The notes below the pieces were generated by a model. The model was not told the DNA's origin and made no database searches. It saw nothing but the letters and a program-made list of their open reading frames with translations. Of a stretch of 64,000 nucleotides of DNA, positions 13,901 through 28,399 are shown in pieces (positions within the stretch are counted from its first letter, which is position 1; every line of letters starts with the position of its first letter). The stretch is from the NCBI RefSeq assembly GCF_009914755.1, contig NC_060932.1; one strand, given 5' to 3'. Both the position numbers and the translations under genes were made by a program. The stretch is from the human T2T-CHM13v2.0 reference genome, Homo sapiens.

Positions 13901-16780
13901 TGCAGCAGCCTGTTAATGTGAGACTCTGCTTATTAACAGGGGCAAAGGCAAGAAGTGGCCTGGAGCTCCTTTGCCGAGGACGTGGTGCTGAGCATCATGA
14001 GTGCACACATTATCTGTGCCTTCAAGGTTGGGGGCAGGGTCATGGGCCATGCAAATCCTTTCCTTCTCACTCCCTTGATTTATCACTGGACCTAGGCTAT
14101 TTCAGAATAAATTTGTGCTAGTAACCGAATACAATACCTAAAACTGTTCCTTAAAATCTGAGTGGAAAGAGTGGAAAGAAGTCCTTTAGTGCATAGTCAG
14201 CTGTGGAGGAAAACCAAGGCCAGATGGAAGGGACTTGAAAAGCGTTTGTGGGGTCCTTCCACCACCAGAGGCTGAGGCTATAGCTATTTATGATAGAATA
14301 TACCTTACTCCATGGGGAAAACTCTTGTCTAATCCCCCATCCCTCAAAAAATTATGTAAGGATAAAACATTATATTCTTTGAGAGATCTTTTACAATTTT
14401 TCCTACATACCTGTGAATGTCAATTTTACTTGACTCTAAGAACTTAAAATGGTTTCTATGTTATGTACTTTCTTTATTTTTTCCATCCACTTTCTAGAGT
14501 CCTGCTTTCTATCTAACATTGCTAATAAGTGCTGCTCTTTGCAATGGAAGATGGTGCCAGTGACTCACTTTCTAGAGGGCCACGCACTCTAAGATACTTC
14601 TCCTAGTGGGAGGAATTGGTATTGTCAACCTTTGGAGGCTGTTACTTTTTTCTGTGTAAAGTGAATTGGTCATTAGGGAACTCAAACCTTGAAGTTGGCA
14701 TTGACTGTTTCTAGGGGACTAAAAGAAACATTGATCATAATACACACTCAACCTAAATGAAATAATCTTTTCTGAATGATTACATTATGAAAAGAGATTC
14801 ATGGAACTTTTATTCTGGGAGGGACATTAAAAATCACTTAGTATAACCTCATATTTTTATACTGGCAGTAAGGACTCTTAGAGAATTGTTTTTTAATAGG
14901 TGAGGATACTAAAGCCCAAAGAGGGAAGTGATATGCCCAAGGTCTTATTGCTGTTAGTGGATTGTAACCCTGGCTGTACTACGCTAGAATAATTGGGAGA
15001 GTTGTTGAAAAGTACCGATGCTTGGGTCTCACTGCAGACTAATGAATCAGATTTTCTGGGCCTAAAGCCTGGGTTACTGGCACTTTTTAAAGCTCTCCAG
15101 CTGACTCTATCTGAGGCCAGAGTGGAGAAGCACTGAGCTAGACAAGAACCCAGCCCCCAGTCCCGAGACTGCCAGTGTTAGCAAACCCATGGCAGTCTCT
15201 CATTCCGCACCCCTGAGCCCATGGCAGACTTGACTCATGGGTCACTGAACTGTTTCCTGCTGTGCCTAACCTGGCCTTCTCATACTGTTCATCTGCTGCC
15301 TGTCCATGAGCATTGGGAAGACAACCTGAGACACAGCTACAGTCAGGCACTGTATCTTGGTTCCTCTAAATAAAATCACACAAAATATCTGAAAGTATTA
15401 TTCTGGTAACACTGTGATTGTATATTCTCACAGTCCAGTGTATTCATCTATTGGTCTGTCAAGGCTCAATGGGGGAATACCAGGGTGAAAGCCCTGTGTG
15501 ACTCAACTGAGCTAGGTCTGAACACTACTCTGCTATTTACAACCTGTGTGATTTTGGGCAAGTTTTTGTGCCGCAGTTTCTTCCATGTCTCTTCTCTGGC
15601 ATTAATCTCCAGCAAAACTGAAGCCTGGACCCTCAGTCTTTCCTGCTTTTTAAATCTATCTGAACCACACAATCCCCTTAATCCCTGATACTAACTTGTT
15701 CTTATGAACAAAGACTTGGTAAGAGTTAGTGCTTAGGCCTCATTCCCAAGTACTCAGAGCGCCTGGAAATGGCCTTCCAAAGACACAATACTTCGACACA
15801 TTTTTTTCTTGGGTATTGTGTACTTCTCTAGCCAGAGATGAACTTCGCAGTCTCCTAACAAATTGGATTCTGTTTAAATTGATTCTACTCAAAAGTGAGA
15901 GCAAAGGATGTAGGCTGCTGGACTGGATGCAAACAACGTGACAATCCCTCTCCCCCACCTCCCTCCCTGCCCTGCAGCCTGGGTTACCACCCAGGGCCAG
16001 AGCCTGAGCTACCACCCAGGGCCAGAGCCTGAGCTTACATCACACAAGGAAACCGCCTTGTTCTAGCAGAGACCAGTTGCTGTTAGATCAAGGCTGCTGA
16101 ATCCCCCCAGGGCTCTGATCCCTATTGTTTTTTGGTTAAAATATGAGTTCCTTCCAGGCTCTCACCCTAATACTGCTCGTTCTTCCTCATCTCTTGCCAT
16201 CCCCTGCCTCCCCTACCACCCCCCACTGTTGCCTCCTGGCCAAATTATTCGCCATAAATGCCTTCTGGAATGCCCGCTTCATGGTAAGTGAGCTCCTCGT
16301 GCCCTCACCCTGCCTTAACTGAACATGGCTTTCTTGGGACTGTCTTCCTGAGGTCCTTTCATTCTCAAAGAGTGGGATGTCAAAGAGTGGGATGTCATTC
16401 TTCTCCTCCTGAGTTCAACAGGTGAGGGTATACAATCCTTCTGGGAGAGGAGAGAGAATAACTCTCAGTACCACACTTGGAAAAAGTGCTTGTCATTTTT
16501 CTCTCTCAACTGCTTCTTACAATTAGTTCAATTTGTATCTCATGGGACTGTATGGGACAGACTGAATTCTTAAGTCAATCCTACCTATGTCTCTAGTGCA
16601 GCCTCAGAGAAGATAGATGATGCCTTTTGGAACCCATGTCTCTCTGACCCCAGAATCTGGGATCTTCCCCACCACACACATCACATCTCCCAATGTGTGG
16701 ACAGGACAACACCAGGTGCACCAAGCTACTTTTAGAGGAACAGTACTCATACCATCTGCAAGTTATAAGAAAACTTAAGA

Positions 16781-17149
<369 letters not shown>

Positions 17150-17379
17150 TTACAGTGATCCCAGGAAGTTAGTGACAAAACTCTCCCAGTTTCCCCTGTA
17201 CCACTCAGAGACTTTAAAGAACTTGAAATCTAATCTCCAAGATCAATACAATAAGCACACAAATAATTACAATTCAAGGTATTATATGAGAAACAAAGTC
17301 TGAAAGCAGATGGGAGAGGGAGAAATTACATCTTTAGGCTGCGGTAGGGTGGCCTAGGAAGGGTAATCAGGATTGTGTA

Positions 17380-20039
17380 CAACGGTTCTCAACCTTTTTC
17401 GTCTCATAACTTTTTTACACTTAAAATTTTTTAAAAAAATATTTGTGGGTACACAGTAGGTGTATATATTTATGGGAGTATATGAGATGTTTTGATACAG
17501 GGATGCAATGCGAAATAAGCACATCATAGAGAATGGGGTATCCATCCCCTCGAGCATTTATTCTTTGGGTTACAAGCAACTCAATTATACTCTGTAAGTT
17601 ATTTAAAAATGTACAATTAATTATTAATTATGTATTTACTGTAGTCACTCTGTGGTGCTATCAAATAGTAGGTCTTATTCATTCTTCCTATTTTTTTTTG
17701 TACCCATTAACCATCTTACCTACCCTGCCAGGTCCCCACTACCCTTCCCACCCTCTGGTAACTACCCTTCTACTCTCTATGTCCATGAGTTCCTTGTTTT
17801 GATTTTTAGATCCTACAAATAAGTGAGAAGATGTGATGTTTGTGTCTGGCTTATTTCACTTAACATAATCATCTCCAGTTTCATCCATGTTGTTGCAAGT
17901 GACTGGGTCTCATTCATTTTTATGGCTGAATAGTACTCCGGTGTGTATATGTACCACATTTTCTTTATCCATTCATCTGTTGACGAACACTTAGGTTGCT
18001 TCTATTGTAAACAGAGCTGCAACAAACATAGGAGTGCAGATACCTCTTCAATATATTGATTTCCTTTCTTTTGTGTACATACCCAGCAGTGGGATTGCTG
18101 GATCATATGGTAGCTCAATTTTTAGTTTTTTGAGGAACTTCTAGGCTGTTCTCCATAGTGGTTGTACTAATTTACATTCCTACCAACAGTGTACAAGGGT
18201 TCCCTTTTCTTCACATCCTCACCAGCATTTGTTATTACCCGTCTTTTGGATACAAGCCATTTTAACTGGTACAAGATGATATTTTGCTGTAGTTTTGATT
18301 TGCATTTCTCTGACGATCAATGATGTTAAGCACTTTTTCATATGCCTACTGGTCATTTGTATGTCTTCTTTTAAGAAATGTCCATTCAAATCTTTTGCCC
18401 ATTTTTGATTGGATTATTAGTTTTTTCCTATGGAACTGTTTGGGCTCCTTATATATTCTGGTTATTAATCCTTTGTAAGATGGAAAGTTTGCAAATATTT
18501 TCTCCCATCCTGTGGGTTGTCTCTTCGCTTTGTTGGTTGTCTCCTTTGCTGTGCAGAAACTTTTTAATTTGATATGATCCCATTTGTCTATGTTTGCTTT
18601 GATTGCCTATGGTTGTGGGGTATTGCTCAAGAAATATTTGCCCAGACCAATGTCCTGGAGTGTATCCCAATGTTTTCTTTTAGTAGTTTCATAGTTTGAG
18701 GTCTTACATTTAAATCTTTAATCCATTTTGGTTTGATTTTTGTATAGGGCAAGAGATAGAGGTCTAGTTTCATTCTTCTGCAGAGGGATATCCAGTTTTC
18801 CCAGCATCATTTATTGTCTTTTCCTTAGTGTATGTTTTTGGCCCTTTTACATTCTTAACCCCAAGAGCTTGGTTTTTTGGGGTTATATCTATTGATTTTT
18901 ACTGTATTAGTAATTAAAACTAAGAACATTAAAAATATACATTGACTATACTTAAAAATAATAAACCCATTATATGTTATCACATTTTTATGAAAATAAC
19001 TACATTTTCCAAAACAAATGCAGTGACAAGCGTGACATTTGTTTTCTATTTCTGCTGCTCTGTTTAATCTCTGGCTTAACAGAAGACAGCTGGATTCTCA
19101 TATTTACTGCTCATTCGCTCTCTTGACATAGGTTGTTTTGGCTGAGGCCTTAGAAGAAAACTCAGCCTCATGCAGACTTATAGTTGGAAAAGAGGATAGT
19201 ATTTTAATAGTCTTTTCAGATAACTGTACCTATTTATCAATACTACATCAAAACTTCACAAGGAGTAGTTTCTTAAAAGTTAGCTGCAATGTAGAAACTG
19301 AAATCATATCAAATGAACTTTCAGCATGCAGTTATGTTAAAATCTATTGGTCTGTCTTGCATTTTAAATGTATAGTTTTGTTATATCATGTATTGGTTCT
19401 TTTGGCAATACTGGTTTGCTGAATTATACAGATCTTCCAAATATTGTCACATTTCATTATATAGTATAAAAAATTGCTTGTTAATATCACCACTAGTCTT
19501 ATCTGGAAAGAATTTAAATAATGGGGACATGCTCGCAGTGGATACAAATATTTTGAAATTCTAATTTTCACTTAACATTCTGTCAGTTATTTTCTTGAAG
19601 GAGACTCATATTATTACTTTTCTGAGTACTCATAGTTTTTGTCTGTCAGCTGTTGTTTTAGGCAAAAATGGGTTCAACGAAAAAAGCAGTTCATTCAGCT
19701 CACAACTCAGACAATTGCTCAAGTGCTTTAGTTGTACTTCCCATTTAGTCACTCAGAATATTTAAAAGACAAGTTGTTGAAGGCTAAGATAATAATTTTT
19801 ACTGCCTTTATCAAGGACATTCTTAACTGAAACTGGCTTTTTTTTTATGGGAGGTGCATAGCATCATTGCTTTGAATGGTGCTAAGTCAGGTGCCAGCAG
19901 TGCTAGCTACCATTTCCGCCATCTGCGCAAACGTCAACACAGTGAAGAAGGAAACTGATATCTTCTGACTCAAAATAGATTTGATCTTGTGGACTACCTG
20001 AAAGACCCCTGAGAGTGGAACTCACTTTGAGAACTGCTG
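17380..20039. mobile_element. Charlie1-like hAT DNA transposon relic interrupted by an L1
   Basis: Terminal inverted repeats caacggttctcaa (17380) and ttgagaactgctg (20039). Internal Charlie1-like sequence resumes at about 18845. Confidence 0.75.
17425..18842 (-). mobile_element. L1 (L1PB/L1MA-type) 3' fragment, ~1.4 kb
   Basis: Antisense L1 3' UTR and ORF2 C-terminal sequence. ORF track peptide [29 protein letters not shown] is L1-derived. Confidence 0.9.
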
Positions 20040-20473
20040 TTGTACAAGATACTGGCTTTGAAAAATGAGTTGGATTTTGAAAGGATAAGATGAGGGAGTA
20101 TATCTGAAGAACAGCAGGTACGCAGTTTGGTTGGAGAAGGAGGAAAGCAGAGGCAGATGAAACTGAAAAGATATCGTGAAAGGCCTGAATGCCTTCATGA
20201 TGACCCACTTAGGTTTAAGCCACACAGAAAGAGGCAGGCTAGGGGGAGCATCTTTTTTTTTTTTTTTAATAGAAAAGTTGTGGCTTCAACTTATATAAAA
20301 TAAAGGTCGCCATGTGTACAGTCACTAGTTATAAATAAATGATCGCATTGCTGCTTTCCTCATAGGGAATAAATAAAACAAACATCTTTACAAATTACTT
20401 GTTGTAAGAATCATGCTGCACTATTACTTCAATTTAGACAGTATTTATTTTAAAAGGAAAAAGAATGAGAACA

Positions 20474-21055
20474 AACCATTGTGGAAGACAGTGTGGCGAT
20501 TCCTCAAGGATCTAGAACCAGAAGTTCAATCCCATTACTGGGTATATACCCAAAGGATTATAAATCATTCTACTATAAAGACACATGCACACGTATGTTT
20601 ACTGCAGTACTATTCACAATAACAAAGACTGGGAACCAACCCAAATGCCCATTAATGATAGACTGGATAAAGAAAATGTGGCACATATACACCATGGAAT
20701 ACTATGCAGCCATAAAAAAGGATGAGTTCATGTCCTTTGCAGGGACATGGATGAAGCTGGAAACCATCTCAGCAAACTAACACAAGAACAGAAAACCAAA
20801 CACTGCATGTTCTCACTCATAAGTGGGAGTTGAACAATGAGAACACATGGACACAGGGAGGGGAACATTACACACCAGAGGCTGGTTGGGGGCTAGGGGG
20901 CTAGGGGAGGGATAGCATTAGGAGAAATACCTAACATAGATGACAGGTTGATGGGTGCAGCAAACCACCCTGGCACGTGTATAATTATTTAACAAACCTG
21001 CACGTAACCTGCACGTTCTGCACATGTATCCCAGTACTTAAAGTATAATAATAAC
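20474..21055 (+). mobile_element. 5'-truncated L1PA 3' end with 15-bp TSD
   Basis: ORF2 C-terminus (WIKKMWHIYTMEYYAAIKKDEFMSFAGTWMKLE) and G-rich 3' UTR. TSD aaaagaatgagaaca at 20459-20473 and 21056-21070. Confidence 0.95.
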
Positions 21056-21848
21056 AAAAGAATGAGAACATTTATTAAGCACCTATTCTGAACCAAACAC
21101 TATGCTAGTCACTTTTCATGTGTTATATGATTTAATCCTTACAACAAACTTACAAAAGTGGTATTATAATTCATACAGTTAAGGCGAACGAAGCCCAAAA
21201 TGTCATGTGACTTTCTAAGGGACACGACTCTGAACTCTGACTTTGTTAAACTTCATTTGGTCATCCCTTATCTCAAGGCATTTGGGGAAAGTCAAATTTA
21301 ATTATCATGTACTTGTATATATACATATCTAATGCAATCTTTTTTCTTTTTTGGTTTTTCTAGTGCATTCTTAAAATAGGGCACAAAATGATGTCACAAA
21401 CCCAATGAAATACAATAAGATATGAAATCTCTAAAGAGATTGCGTATTTTAAATTTTTTCTTTCAGGAACTATTTTATACAAGAGATATTGCTGATTACT
21501 GGGAGCATTAGGTTGGCTGATAGAGATTTTGTTAAAACATTAGAAATATCAGCATTTGAAATTCATGGCTAAGCTTCATCACAATGCTTTTGGATACAAA
21601 GACCTTTTTCTTTCATATTCTTAAATATCAGTAAGAAAAAGAGAGAAAGCAATTCAGATTCATAGTCTGATGACATATTCTCTGGCCTAAGAAAAAAAGG
21701 TACTAAGTTTACTGACATCAACGAACAGGTTCTAGGTATACACCGCCAAGTCAGCATGGCCTGTTCTTCCTAAACTTGGACCTGTTCCTTTGAATACCCA
21801 TGGTACTTTACACATGCATGCACACACATACTCTCTTTACACATGCAT

Positions 21849-21849
<1 letters not shown>

Positions 21850-21894
<45 letters not shown>
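21850..21894. repeat. (CA)n microsatellite, ~22 units
   Basis: Pure AC run. Confidence 0.95.
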
Positions 21895-21895
<1 letters not shown>

Positions 21896-21991
21896 AGAGT
21901 TATGGCATACTTCTCCTCCCCAGTGTAGACAAATTATCTGTTTAACTGGATGCTTGGAAACTTTTCTGTTGACATTAAAAAAATTTTTTTT

Positions 21992-22150
21992 GACTGGGCA
22001 TGGTGCTTCACACCTGTAATCCCAACACTTTGGGAGGCTGAGGTGGGAGGATCGCTTTAGCTCAGGAGTTCAAGGAAGCAGTGAGCTATGATTGCACCAC
22101 TGCACTCTAGTCTGGGCAACAGAGAGAGACTCTGTCTCAAAAAAAAAAAA
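21992..22150 (+). mobile_element. Alu monomer (FRAM/FAM-like)
   Basis: Single arm ending gactctgtctc(A)12. Confidence 0.85.
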
Positions 22151-22748
22151 CATCAAAATGATTTCAAATTAATGTCCATCCAAATGAATATTTTACTATA
22201 AAATAAAAGAAGTAAATAATACAGAGTAATTATTTATTACTTATTCATTTCTAGGCAGGATGAGGGTCTGAGAGTATAATACAGTTCAAATAAAGAAGTT
22301 ACCTGGCTTAAAAATAGCTACTTGCTAAAGATAGAAAATTATTATAAATCTTAAAAACAAACAGGCAAAACATCTTGAAAGTTTTATAGGCTTTGCATTT
22401 TAAAATTATAGATGATTAGAAACTATACTTTTCTTCTATACTGATACTAAAATAGTTTCATTTTCAGCTTAAATTACAACAGTTAATAATTTATCTGACT
22501 GTATATAAACATAATATTCTTTCTACATTTTAGTTTAAAATAGTACAATATTAAAAAGCTTATAAATTGCCAATAAACATGGGAACTCACACATACATTT
22601 CTGACATTGGGGGATTATTATAATTATTATGTTATGGAATGCCAAACATAGGCAATGTATGTAAGTTTTAGGATAGTTATAATGAAATAATAAAAGGGAA
22701 AAAAAAACCAGGACAACTTTGTCCCTTCAAAGTAGAGGCAATGTAGGC

Positions 22749-23025
<277 letters not shown>

Positions 23026-23247
23026 TTAGTAAATTTGCTTACTGGAATAAAAAAGAAAGAATTGCACCATTATGAATAATGTGTCAAATTCTATGAGGTT
23101 CTAAATGTGTGGATCTTGTTGCTCTGCTATTTTTTTCCAGCAGTCGACTTCAATCGACATCCCCCTAGGTTTCTGACTCAATTACATATAGATATAACTT
23201 TAGGGATATAATACATTTTTATTAAAAGATAAAATCTGTCATAATGT

Positions 23248-23540
23248 CTTTTTTTTTTTTTTGAGACAGAGTCTCACTGTGTTGTCCAGGCTGGAGCGCA
23301 GTGGCGCGACCTTGGCTCACTACAACCTCTGCCTCCCAGGTTCAATAAATTTTCCTGCCTCGGCCTCCCGAGTAGTTGGGATTACAGGCATGCACCACCG
23401 CGCCCAGCTAATTTTTGTATTTTTAGTAGAGATGGTGTTTTATCATGTTGGCCAGGCTGGTCTTGAACTCCTGACCTCAGCTGATCTGCCTGCCTCAGCC
23501 TCCCAAAGTGCTGGGATTACAGGCGTGAGCTACCATGCTT
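23248..23540 (-). mobile_element. Alu in the CFAP418 3' UTR (sense to the mRNA)
   Basis: Poly-T, full antisense dimer, TSD tctgtcataat(g/a)tc. Confidence 0.93.
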
Positions 23541-24872
23541 AGTCTGTCATAATATCCTTAATACAAAAGTGTGAGGATTGGCCATTATAAGATCTATTCT
23601 GTTGCAATGCTAGACTTACTACAATAAATTTTACAAGTATGTAAATGTGTCATGGCTAGGAAAAGGATTCTAATGATCAGATCTTCCTCCCTTCAGTAGG
23701 GTGGCTGGAATAAATTTAGCATAAGACTAAGAAGATTATAACTTTGTTTCAATTATTCCCTTTCAGGGTGCTCTGTATCACACATTTGAACTATATAGTA
23801 CATATGTAGCAGGGAGTTTGTGGCAGATTGGAAAGCTCCCAAAATCTCTCAATGGGGTTGGGAGCTAGAAATTTTGAGGGACCTGATTTCCTGAATGTGC
23901 TGCTATTGTAGGGCTCCTCAGATCTCAGTGATGTCAGGAAGGAGCCCAACAGGTTACCTGTTGGTTCAGTTATGCTTTACTTGTCTTTTCACTTACTCAC
24001 CTAATAAACGATATGTCAACCTGATCCTACCAGAGAAGTCCACAGGCTGCCTGAAAAATTATATTACTTGCTGTTTACTTCCCTTGATGGAGTTTTAGGC
24101 ATTAAAGGATAGAAAGTACTTGGAAAATCCAACAATAACCTGTATGTATTAGGATTTTTGTGATTTTGGGTGCATCAAACTCTTTTTATATATTATTGGG
24201 TAATCAAAATAGAAAATAACTTTTGATAGTTAAATGAACAAAAGAGGGAAAAATAAGCTAAAACTGGTAACATGTATTTAATATTGTGCATAACATTGCT
24301 TTGAGTTGATGAGGTAAGATCAGCTATGAGGCAGTGTTTTTGCAAAATACCTGTAACTACTTCTGAACACCCTTCAGTCAGCCACTGATCACCTGGTTTC
24401 TGCCATGTCCAAATTATGATCTTTGGCAACAAAAGATCTGACTGGAAGAAGTGTTGTAGACACCCCTAAATGATCTCTTTGCCCTGGCCGGCTTTATCCA
24501 CTTTAACTGCTACAAGTTGGGGAATGATTTGCTAAACGTATTAGCAATCAATATTGCAGTTGCTAATGAAAAACTAGATATTTGTATGGAACTCCATAAT
24601 CAAACCTCTATTAAACAGAAGACAGATTAGTAAAGAATGTAGATGCCTGTTACTAAGTGAAACATCCATGTATCAGGAATAATTCCAAAGTGTTATAATA
24701 CATGATCTTCCTTAGTCCATTTGGTCTTCAAAAATGTATGTAGTTGTATCAATAAAATTCACTGCCTTTTCCCACAGGGAATGGTATTGCTAGGGACTAT
24801 TGTCTAAACATGATGATGATTCATGGAGACCACTCTCATGGATGCATCTGTCCGAATGTGCAGTCTGCATTC

Positions 24873-25073
<201 letters not shown>

Positions 25074-25105
25074 TTAATGATTAAAAAAAAAAAAAAAGGT
25101 CATTG

Positions 25106-25398
25106 CTTTCTTTTCTTTTCTTTTTTTGTTTTTAGGAGTCTCATTGTTACTCAGGCTGGATTGCGGTGGCACAATCATGGCTCACTGCAGCCTTGACCTC
25201 CCAGGCTTCCCCTCAGCCTTCCAAGTAGCTGAGACCACAGGCATGTGCCACTATGCCCGGCTTAAAAAATTTTTTTTTGTAGAGATGAGGTCTCAGTATG
25301 TTGTCCAGGTTGATCTCAAACTCCTGGGCTCAAGTGATCCATCCACCTCAGCCTCCCAAAGTGCTGAGATTGCAGGCATGAACCATGGTGCCCAGCCT
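25106..25398 (-). mobile_element. AluJ-like, intron 5
   Basis: Diverged antisense Alu about 80 nt from the exon 6 acceptor. Confidence 0.88.
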
Positions 25399-26127
25399 AT
25401 TTTCTTATCTTCCCCGTATCTGAACACTAAACAACCTAGATCCCCTCACACTAACACTAGAAGATATGCTTCAGTGTTCTCTTTCTGATGGTATTTCTTT
25501 GATAATCTGTACTTTTTATGGCAATCCTCTAGGCCAGTTTATTGAATGTTGAAGAACACAATAACCTAAAGGCTGAAGAATTACAAACGCCCTATCAGAG
25601 ATGAAATAATATGAAAATAGGGTGGAAAGGATGGTGGTTCATTTCCTACCTCAGATACTCACCTATGCCATATTTTAAAAGCCTGTAATATGGCAAGTTG
25701 AGAGAACATTAGAGGCATAAAGATCATAGGTTTCTGATGAATTAACTATAGAAAATTTTCATTAGCTTCAATGATCTGTTTATTCATACTATCAGCAACA
25801 AAAATGTCTATCCTGAAATAAATATTAATAATGTTGAAATAATTAAATCAACAAGTAGGGCCATCGTAAAAATGATAAACACTGGATTTCATACTATTAT
25901 AAAAAAGACTACAGAAGTTTAATTAATAAAAACATCAATTATGATTTCATGATAATCCATGTAATGAGTTCATATAAACATTCCATGGCAAAGAAAAGTA
26001 GAAAAAATTTTTAAAAAAGATGAAAAAATACAAAGTGAAAGGACGAAATACAGTATGAATACCAGAAAAAGAGATACGGTACCTAACCATTGCTTGTGGA
26101 TATCACTGCAACAGAAGGCAGGCTACA

Positions 26128-26146
26128 AAGTGCCCTCTGGTGGTCA
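26128..26146 (-). promoter_or_regulatory. CTCF consensus motif in intron 5
   Basis: Minus strand TGACCACCAGAGGGCACTT matches the core CCASYAGRKGGCRC. Confidence 0.65.
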
Positions 26147-26620
26147 ATGGGCACCATATTCAGTATTAAACTGTACGAAATTCAGGCACAATTTAGAAGG
26201 TTAGAACCTCACAAAACCTGACAGATTTTCCAAGCCAACTGTCTGACTTCAGGAAACAGACTGACTAGCTAAACGACTTAGCTAAGGGAAGAAATGAATA
26301 ATCTAAATTTTAACAGAAAGAAAAAAACCCCGCCAAAACTAAGTTGTTGAGGAAAAATGTCCTTTATTTGATCTGCAAAATATTTTGAAAACTTAACATT
26401 TGATACTTGACTGAATCCTTAGCGATTTTAGGATTAGGAATCATGAATAGGCAGGGATCTAATTATGACATTTGAAATGGTTTTTAAAATGCACGTATCT
26501 TAAAAGCTTAGGGAAAAATCATTCCATTCTTAAAGAAAACACGATTTAATAGAAAAATAAAAGCATTTTCTTCAGCTGTTGTGGCAAGGTGGTCAGTAAG
26601 TATAGCTGACACTTCTTTTA

Positions 26621-26925
<305 letters not shown>

Positions 26926-28399
26926 GTTCTAAAACTTCTCAAAGATAGGATACATTTATTTCTCTCATCTGTAAAATAGGACAATAAAACAACTGCACAG
27001 CATTCCACTGTGTAACATTTAACTTGTCTTTGGTCACTGTCCACTTCTGGTTTCCTCAGTGATTATTCCACATCCTCCTCCACTCCCTTATTTTCAGCAG
27101 ATCACATCTTCATTCTCAAAACCAGGTCGCCAGGTATGAAAGCCTTCAATTTCCTGGCAAGCTCACCCTGAACACATCAGTACCTTGCTGGCTTCCTCTC
27201 AGTCACAGAGGTCTTCCTTTTCCTATCCAAGGCTCACCTCCCATCAGTGCTCTTGACCCTATTGTCTCTATGACCTTGCTGCTCACATGCTTGTCCCCAC
27301 CCATGTCTCCCTTCCCCTGGGTTCCTCTCATCTTATGAGCCCAGTATCTAAGAGTGTCATAGACTAGGTGCTGAATAATGTCTACTGGTAAACACCAATA
27401 TATTGTACAAAATAAATCTATCAGTGATTTATATCCTAATGGTGGAGACCGCCTTATTCTTTAGCTGTTCCATTCTCTTATCTCCCAAACATATTCCTAA
27501 GTGTCTTGAGAACTGAGACAGTATTTTCTACTGATTTAAATAATGACTACTTGTTTATTTTTAATAGTATAATAAATCCTCTAGTTGTCACTGTTTTATC
27601 TAAAAGTACATATATTTTTTAAACCAGGCTGCCACAGATCTAGGGTAAACCAACTGGTGTTCTTGATAACTCTGAGATGCTGCAAGTTCCTCAAGTACCG
27701 ACTAGGTTATCCATAGTTTACTTTATGCCTGTGTTCACCACTGCCTTGATGTTACATGCATTTTATTATCCTATGATAGTTTTATAAAAATTCATGCTTC
27801 ATCTTGGTGACATATGGGGATTATTAACCACTTATTAGATTAACTAGTAGACAGTAAATAGCAGAGGGTTTAGAAAAGTCAGAAAAGGGAAAGTCAACCT
27901 GTAATTAAAAGCCAACTTTTCCACTTATGGGGTAAAAAGTGGGCTAAGCCTAAAAGTATGGGTTCCTAACCTCAGATTTTGGGAGTACATTAGGCTTTAT
28001 TTGGGTTGGAAACTGTAAAATTTTTCAAGTTATAATTTTTCCATGTATTTTTATATTTGAATTGTATGTGTATGAGGGGCATTCAAAGCTTTCATAAGAT
28101 TTGCAAAGTGGTTCTTGATGTGAAAAAGTTTAAAAACTATTAAATTAGGGTATACTCATAGATTTACCCAAGAATGGCTGCCAAAAAAGGCGTAGGGGAA
28201 AGTCTCTTACCCTTTTCTTTATGCTATTGAAAAGTGCTGCAATATTACACTGTATTAATTTTTAGCTTTAAATTTTTATTTGAAAATGTCAATGTAAAGT
28301 TCAAATATATTTTTATAACTTGTAACACCTTAAAGATAGTAGGTATTCTGTAAGTGTATAAGAATGTACAAATTATATAAATATGAGCAAGACATTATC

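Noticed and set aside
20481-20780. 99-aa ORF resembling a reverse-transcriptase element protein
   Set aside because: C-terminal remnant of L1 ORF2 in a 5'-truncated copy.
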